64,000 nucleotides of DNA from Bigelowiella natans CCMP2755 (Eukaryota; Protista; Cercozoa), in contig ADNK01000021.1 in NCBI GenBank assembly GCA_000320545.1, positions 30,179-94,178 of the forward strand, read 5' to 3'. The position numbers were made by a program, and so were the translations under genes. Positions 1 to 11,121 of the stretch are shown piece by piece. Within the stretch, counting starts at the first letter, position 1. Every line of letters begins with the position of its first letter. Below the pieces are notes generated by a model. The model ran no database searches, was not told the origin of the DNA, and saw only the letters and a program-made list of their open reading frames with translations.

Positions 1-1165
1 GAGCCTTCTTGTAAGTTATGTCCTGGAAGCCCTGATCCTTGAAGCCGGGGTTGACGCTCATTAGTAGAATGATATCCACTTTGTCCATCACATGATCCAA
101 AACCTAACATTACAATACATTCCATAACTTTCTTTAACTACCGCCTTGAATGTGTTTGAATCCATGAATCCTCATTATTTGCTATTGGAGTGTATTTGAT
201 TACGGAAAGGGGTGTTCCTGGATTGATAACGAGACCACATTTGAGTCCATTTGCCTTGACCAGGCTAAGTGAACGATCGACGTGCTTCACGCCTTCGGGA
301 TGAAATGTTATATAATTTGCACCCGCATCGGCAAACTCCTGAATTAAATGATCTACAATATCGTCTGCCATTATATGGACATCAATTGGGGCCGTGATGC
401 CTGCGTCAGAAAAATATCAGCTTGGAATCTCTATGATAGATGTTCGAAAATTTAACCATATTTTCGGAGCGCTTTTACAAACATCGGTCCAAACGTGAGT
501 TTTTCCGTGAAGTGGCCGTCCATGATGTCACAGTGCACAACATCAGCCCCACCAGCGATTGCTTTGTCTATCTAAAAAGATTAATATTTACCAAGTAGTT
601 AGTATCCTATTTGCCACCATCCTTACTCGTATTACTATGTTCCCTAGATGTAAGTTACCTCTGGTCCAAGCATAGCAAGATTTGCTGTCTGAATTGCAGG
701 AGCAATGAGCATACGGTTACCTGAAGAAATAAACATAAAGTTACTTTTTCTTTTTCCGCGCCTCTGAATAGGGATACGACTTTCAAGAACTTCATTCGCA
801 TGGCGCTGGATTTCATCCTTATCAGTTGCCTTCACTCTAAGTTGGCGCTGTTCCATATACATATGATGCATAGATTCAATATTGTATCCTTCATATTAGA
901 CATAAGGTAATACCACAACTGAAGAATGTGTAAAGATTCTCTGCCTTTCTACATTTGATAATGTAATCTTCGAATTATCTATGGCACAATGAGGGAGCAA
1001 AGTCATTTGAGGATGCAGAGGACTTGTAATAGACCGTGTCATCGCAGGAATCGATGACAATTTTTCATGATGATGTGCCAATAGGAGACAAAGAACTGTG
1101 GCAACACCAGCCAGAAACACTGGTATTCCGATGAACTTCCGCGAATACTTTTTGAATGATGGCAT
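1..1165 (-). CDS. RPE: Ribulose-phosphate 3-epimerase family protein with bipartite plastid-targeting leader; multi-exon, 3' end runs off the window
   Basis: Spliced exons read [30 protein letters not shown] (signal) ... [16 protein letters not shown] / [21 protein letters not shown] / IDVHIMAD...ITFHPE...[11 protein letters not shown] / [24 protein letters not shown]. The HxD, DVH, FHxE and NPGTP RPE motifs are present. Example intron: 104-203 (GT-AG). Confidence 0.93.
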
Positions 1166-1756
1166 CGAAAGAACGGCAGTCTGAAAGATTAGCGCCGTCT
1201 TGTGAAAATATATAACCCCTATTTCTCCTCTCTCTCTCTCTCGCTCTCCCCCTTTCTCTTTCCCCTCTTCATTTCTCTCGACTGCCTTCGTTTTCTGTTA
1301 ATTTTTTAGATTAAACGCATCTATACCTTTGTTTGTGCCAGAGGAAAAGGGATGTGGTTGGGTTCTGTTCGGAAGGATTTGCTTCGAGAACTACTTCCGA
1401 AAGAACGGAAGATCATCTCGCGTTTCTCCTCGTTTTTTGCCCTCCGACAAACAAAATATCTGGAGAAAAGACAATTTTTGCTCTTCGTTGAAAACACAGC
1501 GAAAATGAGCCGGGATCTTCCCGCGAAAATGTTCCCTCTCCATGAATTTTCTGGATGTAGATCTAGATCTACCTGGATTTCTTCGCGGTTTTGTTCATTT
1601 GAGTGTTTCGACTGCTGAAAAACCGTTTTTTTTTCACCTCCAGTCAGCACCTGCGACATCATTGCATTGGATACATACGAGGCAATACTCTCCTTGTCGC
1701 TGACGGTAAACACCGGCCGTTTCGCCCCTTCCAATGTGACAGTTCCCAAAGAAACA

Positions 1757-2287
1757 ATGGCTGACCAGAAGGGCAAGGGTAAGAATGCTTGCCAGTCCCT
1801 ACACTAACCGAAAATAAGAATGAGAGAAATTGTAATTGTTCCAAATATTAAACCTAGAGATGTAGTAATTGTGTGCCTCAACCGAGGGTTCGAAAGAGGC
1901 TCCATTAGGGGACTCTCAGCGGCACAAAACTAACGCACTATGTATCTATCAGCAAAAGAGGCCAAAGTGCCTGAGAAAAAAGATGCCACTTCACAAGTCA
2001 TAGTTAAAGTCCAAAAGATGCCAGACAATTTAGCTGCAATTGCTGTCCAAACCGTTGTAGATGGCCTCGAAAAATTTAATGATTTGCATGCGTCGGCGGA
2101 TTATGTCAAGACAAACTTCGAGAAGGACAATTTTATAGATGAGGAAACCAATGAGAAGATTTCAACTAAGGGAGTATGGCACTGTATTCTTGGTAGAAAG
2201 TTTGGATCTTTTGTAACCTTTGCGGAAGGAAATTACATATTTTTCTACATTGGTCAGCTAAGTTGTTTGCTATGGAAATCAAGTTAA
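1757..2287 (+). CDS. Dynein light chain type 1 (LC8-like), 2 exons
   Basis: Exon 1 1757-1778 (MADQKGK), GTAAG intron to 1952, exon 2 contains WHCILGRKFGSFVTF..YIFFYIGQLSCLLWKS, the LC8/DLC1 signature. Confidence 0.9.
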
Positions 2288-3240
2288 GGAAATAATTTCT
2301 TGCGATCATCATTTTTCAGTCATTGCAACTTATGTACCATGTGATAATATCGGTTTTGGCGAACGTATACGCCACACGCACACCAGACTTTCTTTTACAA
2401 ATTTATTACTTTAGTCACAGTGTGTGCTAGCATGGATAACACACATACACAAACGACTAGCTAAAGACGCAGTTTCATGCGCTATGCATGATGTACACAG
2501 CATACATGTTTTACCTATTCTCATCATGTGCTTAGCAGCGATATATATTATAAACCTGTGCTACGTGTAGCACTACTGGTTCTATATACTCGTGCAATGT
2601 CATTAGTACGCAGTCAGCACATCATCACATTATTATTAGTCATCATGGCGCCGGCGGCCACTTGTACGCGTGCGTACATACATGCACGCTATGTGACGAT
2701 CTGCAGTGTGGATACGCTACGCATGCGTGTTCATGGTCCACGTACATGCAATTTGCGCTGAGAATCGTGCAATGGTTATATGTTGTCCCAGCCACATGTC
2801 TTGTCGATTATGTACGGCGGACTTGATCGACGCTTGGCCTTCCTAGCTTCGTCCGCTCAATCATATGTGAGACGAATGTTCAGTGTGATGAATTGATTAA
2901 ATCTTTTCAATGGTCATCCTAATGTAGCTGTACAATGCAGCGGCTACACCGCTGATGTTGTGTCCATTTTGTCTCCATTGTCACGCATGCATGTTTCATG
3001 CGCGTATAAAAGCATGTTCTCTAGCTAATTCGCGCCATGTCGAGCAGTGAGCAAGGCGCCTCACTTAACTAACTGCCTGTTACGCGCGAGCCATAATCGC
3101 TTTCCCTGATTCTAACGCATGATGAGCACGGGGTTCATTTCCACATGCGTCGTTTGCAAAGCGCGGTTGAGCCACGGTGTGCGTATTTAGACGAGCATTG
3201 TCAACAACATATAGCTCAGTCATGTCTGATGCTATGCAAT

Positions 3241-3309
<69 letters not shown>

Positions 3310-3633
3310 TCATGCCTGCGTGAATACTACGTGTATGTGCATCGAACATGCACGTACGACATTCCAAGGACACAATGCAAAATACAATTGATCTGCATAT
3401 CCATCCCAGATTTAATCATATCATTACATCTGTCGCCGTATCTATCCCGTCATGAGTCATATGAGATAGTAGCAAAGGTAGTTACATCCATAGATACATG
3501 AAATGTCACGCATGTATATATATTATCGACCAGCAATTATCATCGCCATCAAACTTTACGTAAAATTTAATTTGTAATCAAAAGTTGCCGATTTCAACGT
3601 CTATCTACGGCTATCCTTAGCCAGTGGCCAGAA

Positions 3634-3914
3634 TTACTGATCTGGGGAATCGCAAGCCTAAACGGTGGAAAATACACAATTAGAAGACGAGGATTGGCAA
3701 ACATACGTATGCTTATGAGCAGAACTACACATAAGCACACCTGTTGGATGAGATGATCTATGTCGCTTAATTCTGAATCCTCAAGCACGAAGTTTTCGTC
3801 TTCAAGCACTTCCAGATCCTGCAGTACAGTAGTTCATCGCAGCTTAGTTTTATCAAAATTTATAAATTCAGGGAAGCATTGGACTCCATGACGATAAGAT
3901 AAGCTCTCTTCCAC

Positions 3915-3959
<45 letters not shown>

Positions 3960-4375
3960 CCAAACACACACACACACACACACACGCGCACACACACCTT
4001 TTGCTCGCGATTCAGATAATGCAAAAAGACTCACCTCTTTCATATGTACGGGGTCACAAGTACCCGTCAGCGGTACGATACCTCTCTCCGTTAAATACTT
4101 GAACAGTATTTGTGGGCTGCTCCGAGCTATTTATTCATTCATGCAGGCAAGAAAGAAGTAGAAGAGAAGCAAAGGCAAGTGGAGACCGTAATTACACACT
4201 CAAAAATGTAGCCGATTGAAAATTTGTCGGCTGATTGATAATCAGGGCACGGAGCAACCGAAGCATACAAAAGCGTACCGTACTTCCTTGCGAGTCCCTT
4301 TACAAGAGGGCTCTGCGAATGAATACAACGTAACAAAGGAAAAACGTATGTCAGACGATGACGGCAGACGATACA

Positions 4376-4417
<42 letters not shown>

Positions 4418-6267
4418 AGCGCAGGAGGAGCTTTAGCATGCTGGCGTGTGCATCCATTCATCGGCAGAGCAGGCATACATACGTGTAAGAGGCCCGGATT
4501 TGCAGTGAGGGACCAGAAGCTCTGATAAACGATGTGATTATCCGAACACCATTGTCGAAGCCTGACCGATATTATCAATCACTGGATCACAATCTACCAC
4601 GGTGAATCAGAGATACACATGGATTGCATAAGTCGAACTACATCATGTTGCTGCTGGCTATATGCTGCAAATTTGCATTGGTGCTGCAGTTGGTGGTGCG
4701 AAACAGTAAAGAGGCAGAAAAACAAAAATAACACCGCTCCAACCCCCCCCCCCCCCCCCCCGTCGCTCATCATCACTACAGTTACTACTCCGTATCGTAG
4801 CCACTGTCCACATAGAACCGATTCTGTACAACAGCAGGCTTGACTCTTGCCGCCGAGCAGCTGAGAAGAAAGAAGAAATGAAGGAGAAAGTGGGAGAGGA
4901 GTTAAAGTAAGAAGGGAGGTACTCACACAACGACACGCGCATAGAAACAAGAACTCTCTTTCTCTCCCTCTCCCTCGCTTGACCACCTCACCCACTCTTA
5001 TTCACACTATCACACTCACGCACAGAGATTTGAGCAGGGGGAGACTGTAACAATTCGAAATCCCCAGCTGCTTTACTTTTCCTTGCAGCTTCAGCTCCTC
5101 CATTGCCTCCCACGCCTATCGATGTTCAACAAAACCCTCAGTGGAGCTACTATTCTTCTCATCAAAATGCACACATTATTACCGCTTGGGTCTTTTCAGC
5201 AGTGTTCAGAGGGGAGTGCAGGACGAGGGAGTCGACGTAGTTGGTGCCTAACCGCAGCAGCAGCAGCAGCAGCACATACATGATCATGGCGACTAAGATA
5301 TCATTCCACAGCAGTACACACACTGATGTGAATGCCGATGATTTTCTTTCGCGTCTGCAGCAGGAAGTAAACCATCCGATGCATTCATTACTATCGTTAG
5401 ACTGTTCATCACCATCCCCGTCGTACATTATCATGCATTGCATTGCTAGCTAGTAGTGGCAGCTTTACCAAGGTTCTCGAGGCTGGTTTCGAACGACTTT
5501 CTGACCTGGTAGTGGGTATAGTGCCAGTAGCAGCAATGATGCAATGGATGAGCAAATAATAGCTTTGGTTGAAGCATCAGCAATGCGTGCGGTCGTCGTC
5601 ATCCTCATTTGCTGGCATCTTGCCCTGACCCTCCCTTGTCCCTCCCATGACTACCTGAGAGGGGACTGCGGCTCGTGGATCGTATGGGATTGAGGCGGGA
5701 TCTTGCCCAGGCTCCGGAGAGAACAACAATGATAACAATCAACCAACAGGGGAGGGGGTTTACAAAGAGCTTTTCATTCTCGATTGTAGGAGGAAGCAAT
5801 ATTGAAAGATGCTTAAAACTATTCTGACTTTATTTATTGCTGCTTCTATTAATTGTTCTTGCAACACGACGACTACCGGTGGCGTGTATTTTGTCTGAAT
5901 AAAGAGGTCTTCTCTTCTCACGACGCTAAGGAATTCAACATTACATAAGCAATTGTACATCGTGCACACACACACACACACACATAACCCCGTGCCTGTG
6001 TGCGTTCCTATGCATATTTGTTTAACCGCAACCATCTTTCTCCTTCACATTTATTTGTCCCTCCTATTTTCACCATTGTCATCAACAACAGCGGCCGAAG
6101 CATTACCCCCTAGCCTCTAGATTCTTAATTGCCGCGCCGACTAAATCTTCTCGGTAATGACTGAATACAGGACGACTTATTTTGATGTTTGTCACTCGTC
6201 GGTATAAATGAACTCAATTCACAAAGCGCATTCTTAGAATTAAGAAATATGTGTAAACTGATAAAAA

Positions 6268-6322
<55 letters not shown>

Positions 6323-6326
6323 ACGA

Positions 6327-6371
<45 letters not shown>

Positions 6372-7058
6372 CAAGCAAATCACTGCTTACAAGTAATCAA
6401 ATCCCATAATCACAACCAGCAACCAACCGTGGCTGGCAAGCGGTATCAATGCCTCGAAAGCCTGCTGTCACAGCTTGCTCCACCAAGGCATCTAATAGCC
6501 AAGTTAAATTTGAGATATCTAGGGAAGGGTGAACAGCTAAGTTGATAGAGCGCGAACTTGTTTTATCAGCAAAAATTATTTACTGCCAACTTCACGAAAA
6601 ACCACTACCTGTCCTCTCCTTCTTCCAAGCGGTACCATATATCATTTTCGGCATATCAATACCCTCGTGCGTCCTGACCCACTATCCAATAATAAAGAGA
6701 AAGAGGAAGAGGAAGAGGAAAAAGAAGAAGACAAAGAAGAAGAAGAAGAAGAAGAAGAAGAAGAAGGAGGAGAGGAAGAGAGAAGCCACATCCAATATAA
6801 TGCTATTCGATAGAAAATAACTGCATTGTCCTCGACGTGCTTATCACCACCACCATCACACTGACACCCAAAATACATCTCTATTATTAATTAAGTTTAC
6901 ACTCTGGCTCGATGCAGTGCGCTTCGTTCCGGTCGTCAGCGTCTCTGCTCTGCTCATCGGAAACTTTCGAGGATAATAGCCATATTGCCCCAACAAAGGG
7001 GTGCAGCTAGCAATACTAAGCAGAGGAAAACGGGACGACATGTTAGAAAAGTAGCCAT
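3634..7058 (-). CDS. Aldo-keto reductase family protein, multi-exon; 5' start tentative
   Basis: Exons read MPKMIYGTAWKKERT, GFRGIDTACQPR, VVRREDLFIQTKYTP, LRQWCSDNHIVYQSFWSLTANPGLL, RSSPQILFKYLTERGIVPLTGTCDPVHMKE, DLEVLEDENFVLEDSELSDID..ACDSPDQ*, in the canonical AKR motif order. Confidence 0.88.
6270..6370. repeat. Representative compound intronic microsatellite (TA)n-(GA)n; dozens of similar (CA)n, (TA)n, (GA)n, (GAT)n, (TAG)n, (CAG)n, (AAG)n tracts occur in introns
   Basis: Directly visible in the sequence. Confidence 0.95.
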
Positions 7059-7394
7059 TAGACCGCCCAACACGCTTCCATTGACCAGAATTCACCCGTA
7101 CAGAGAACTTGCATCATTTACAAACACGAGAGAAAATTCATAATCACTGACCACAGTCCACATACGCAGAGGCCCCGCCAGGAGGGCACGAATCTTCGAA
7201 GGCGCCGCTGTGACAACGACGACCACATGCTAGTCGTTTGCTCACACTACTCGGTGTGGGACGCTGCAGAGGAGGGTGCTCCAAACATGAAGAATAAATG
7301 GAACTTACTGAGAAACGCTTGGGACTTTTTATCAGCGACAACTATGTTATGATTGTCGCAGTCATTTCTGAGAAGAAAAAGCATTGGTCGTTAG

Positions 7395-8330
7395 GGCACG
7401 AAATCTGCTGAATGTCCACGCTGGTGGTGGGCTCTGGCCTGCATTGTTGAGTGCGTGTCATGCGATGCGCACGTTGTTGCCGGCGACTGCAGCTAATGGA
7501 ATTGGGCATGGGAGCACAGATGCGTGCGCGCAGGTGCAATCGAACAACCTCAAAGTGTGAGACGGGTGCAATGAACAAGCCAAGTTTGTTCAACGGCGGT
7601 CACACTGATTGTGCAGCTGTGCAAAGCAGCGGCCACAGCGCATGAGCGCTGACGCTGTTTGTTTCAAGTGTCACATGCTGCATGCATTTTTTTGTGTCGA
7701 TGTCGCGCATGAACCTCAGCCATCTGCATCTTCTTGTCGATTCATCGCATCAGTGCCAGTCAATCGGTTCACACAGTTCACATCGGCATCGCTTTTCCGG
7801 TCCACGATGTTGCAGCTGCTGATGAGTTGGTTTCGAAGTTGTCAATCGCATCATTGTGCAGCGCTGCGTTTGTTGATCGATTTCGATGAAGAAGCACTTA
7901 GCGCCGCATCGATACACGTGCGTCGCGTGTCTGTGAATGATGGACACGCACTGTGATGCAACACGTGCGATGCATCCTGCTGTTGCACATCCTAGCTGCT
8001 AGCATGTGTGTCATGTCACTGTGTCCGCCATGATCTAAACATGTGACTCTGCACTTTGTCGATCATTGTATGCTCTACCAATCAGCATGATCAGCTAGTG
8101 CCTGAAATGCGCATTTGTTTGTGCACGCGCACTAGCTAGGCGGGCCGGCCTAGCGGGCACTAGAAATCTAGATGCTGTCACGTCAGTCGATCGATCATAT
8201 CAGCTTTCATTTATTTCATGTCACACATCGGGGTGGCTACTAGGGCACACAGAGTGCCGATCGAACAGGTAGCACTAGATTGATCCAAGCAAGAGCCGCA
8301 TCGTTGTAGCAACGCCGCTCACTAGTGGTC
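7395..8330. other. TpA-depleted, purine/pyrimidine-alternating intergenic domain A
   Basis: No TA dinucleotide in 7496-7898 (by eye). Later TAs are mostly in CTAG. TGCA/CATG/CG are abundant. Confidence 0.85.
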
Positions 8331-8600
8331 CAGATGTCATTACTGTACATTGGCTAGCGCATCAAGACATGGAGATGTGTGTGCATACATGCGTACATAA
8401 TTCTTGTTAACATTTAGCTGACCTCATTGATATGCTCTTGTCCACATGCACGTGATGAACACCGAAATAGTAAACAATGTGTGCATGACAAATTCACTAC
8501 ACAACTTGGAACTCATAAAATGTTATATATTATTACAATCAATTTATCCTACCACCGCTGTGGATGTGCTTAGGCTACTTCACTACATATACTGCCTGAT

Positions 8601-10995
8601 CTACACTGTGACCTTATGTGCAGATTTCATCCAAAATCTACCACGCTCCCTAATATTATTGTGCATAATTACTTAATCGATGCTACATCATGCAAAATAT
8701 ACAAATTGAAACATGCAAAACTCACATTTTTTCCTCCTCTTCCTTCTTCGCCATATTTCTAATTTTGATTTGTTCTTGGAGAGCTTTTCTGTAACTATAG
8801 AAACGCAAGGCAATACAAATTTCATTTTAGTAAGAAACATGATTCGAATTTCAGTACAGGAAAATGATTGATCTTGGAGGTCTGTATCATATTACGCTAA
8901 TCTCTCTCGGATTATTTTCTTTTTCTCAAGAGCAGCTTCAGACTTGAGCTGAGAATAAGCAAAATATTTTTCAAATCAGACGTGGCCGAGTTGCAAACAT
9001 CGGTATTTTAATATTAACGGAAACTACCTGTTTCTTAAGTTTGTCAATTTCATCCTGGTCTTGTTTCATCTTAGTTACAGTCTTTAATTTCGACATCTAT
9101 TTTAGGATGGACCCAAGTTAAGACTGTTAGTTAATTCTACGAGTCCTCTAGAATTTAGTTGAGACGAGAACCTTAGTACGTTGTTTCACTTGCTTATCAA
9201 TATACTGTTTGGTCTCCATTGCAGATTTCTTTGCCTTCTCATTTCGCTTCCTCTCCTAGAAGTACATGGTATCAGATTTCTACTTTTTGAATCTTCCATC
9301 AATGATTGTGCACGTTAGCATAGAAATATAAAGCTGCTTTCTTTTGGGAATACTCACATCTTCGGCCCTCTGACGATCTTTAGCAATGCGTTCGGATTCT
9401 ATTTTTGCCTGAGCAACATGTACGTTAAAAATGTCTTTTTCACAATTACTCAATGTATTACCGCAGCTGCATCACTTTTCTCCCTAGCCTGAAAAGATTA
9501 TCTGAATAAGACTTGCTGTTGGGGATGTGTTTGTGTTTGTATTGGGTAATCTTCGATATACCGCAGCAGTGTGCTTCTCATTATTTTTCATGATCGCCTT
9601 CATCCTTGCCAATCTGGCATCCTTCTCAGCTTTGCGACGCCTATCCTTCTCCTCTTCAAGTCTTATGTACTAAAGAAGACATTTCAATTAGCGTGAGAAA
9701 TTTTACCTAATTTTTAGCAATTAAGTACCTCCTCTCGCATTCTTTTGTCCTTCAACGCTTCTGCCCTCAACTCGGCTGCTTTAATCTTTTGTTGTCTTGA
9801 ATTCTCAGCCTTGAACTTCGCCATAGCTCTCTTCTCCGCCTTTTTAACCTATTATTTAGAAGAAAGTGCTCAGAATATAATTTTACATGCATATAAGGCT
9901 GCATATATACATGATTTGACCTGCAATCTCTTCATCTTCTCGGCTTTCAAGTCTTCCTCGCATTTCTTTTTCTGCTCCATGGCGTATCTGATCACCATCA
10001 TCATCAACAATACATCACCAGATTTTATCAGTTAATGGTAGGTTTCGAAGGTTGTATCATGCTGCAATAACTTCAAGCAATTTACTTTTTCTGGGCCATG
10101 ATTTCTGCATGTCTCCGAGCTTTGACAGATTTCAGTTGATCTTCACGTTCCTTTAATTGGGGAAGGATATCATGGTCTGTACGCAGTTGGAACTAGGCTT
10201 ACGTGCTATCAGCTAGTGATACCTTTTTGAGTTTCTGTAGCTGTTCCTTTTTCGCTGCCTTTTTCTTCTTCTCTTCTATCTTCCATTGTTTCACCTGATG
10301 TTTCAGCAGTGAGACTAGCAAAACCTCCGGATATGAGTTAAAACCTTCTTCCGAAGCTCTTCAGCTTCTTGTTTGTCCTTGACAATCAATTCCTGAAGTA
10401 GATATCATGAATACAATAATCTGTAAGAGGAACAACCGGGCCAGGAGTTCAACAATCGACATACTCTTTGCTTTTCTTTAAGAAGTTTCGCCTGAGCCTC
10501 TAGTTCCTTCTTAGACTTCAGAATTGCATCCTTTGATATAATTAGGGACAATTCGATTCGATCGTTAGAAATTTTCAGATACTATTAAATACATTTTATT
10601 CACCTTATTTCTTTGTATTCGAACTTGGTCCTGATTTTTGCAAAACCACTTTCAGCTGAAATAGCAAAGAGGCACAAGAGGTCTTTCCTTACCTTGTACG
10701 CCATTTGATGCGTCATATCAAGCGCAACATACTTCTGCCCCGTGTTCTGAGACAAAATGTACATACATTATTCACACAAAGGAGGTTTATTGAGAGTCGT
10801 AAAATTATTTTTTTAGTGGCTCATCTATCGGATTACGTGCATCTCAAACTCTCACTTCTATGATTCTATGTCTTCAGTCAGAACATGATATGAAGAATAA
10901 AAGGCTGAAAGAAGAAGCGATTAACTCCCAGAACTACTTCGCCCCCTTAAATCTACATCGATGTAGGAGGGGGTCAAGACCTGGGGGGCAGCCAT
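8601..10995 (-). CDS. Lys/Glu-rich coiled-coil protein, trichohyalin-plectin-homology (TPH)-like, probable ciliary protein; many short introns, 5' end uncertain
   Basis: Successive in-phase exons: DQVRIQRNK, DAILKSKKELEAQAKLLKEKQR, ELIVKDKQEAEELRKK, VKQWKIEEKKKKAAKKEQLQKLKK, ... YRKALQEQIKIRNMAKKEEEEK, ERGRFWMKSAHKVTV*. The family assignment rests on composition and periodicity only. Confidence 0.6.
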
Positions 10996-11121
10996 CGTGC
11001 TTTTATTGCTACCAGACTTTTAAAACCCAATTTGCATACATATTCTAATAAAATCGTGGTGAAACTTAATCAGCGTCATGTAATTTCCTATTGTCGTAAT
11101 CTTATTAATTCCGCCTTTACC

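Noticed and set aside
3080-6900. Many ORF-track entries with [18 protein letters not shown] or poly-S/L/M runs (here and throughout the window)
   Set aside because: They are translations of intronic microsatellites, not proteins.
7342-7956. Overlapping ORFs in the TpA-poor domains (also 25.0-26.3, 50.4-51.3, 59.4-59.9 kb)
   Set aside because: Open frames are expected where TAA/TAG are absent; no recognisable motifs or splice structure.
7395-8330. Classical RIP or CpG methylation decay as the cause of the TG/CA excess
   Set aside because: RIP raises TpA and CpG decay removes CpG. Here TpA is lost and CpG is plentiful.
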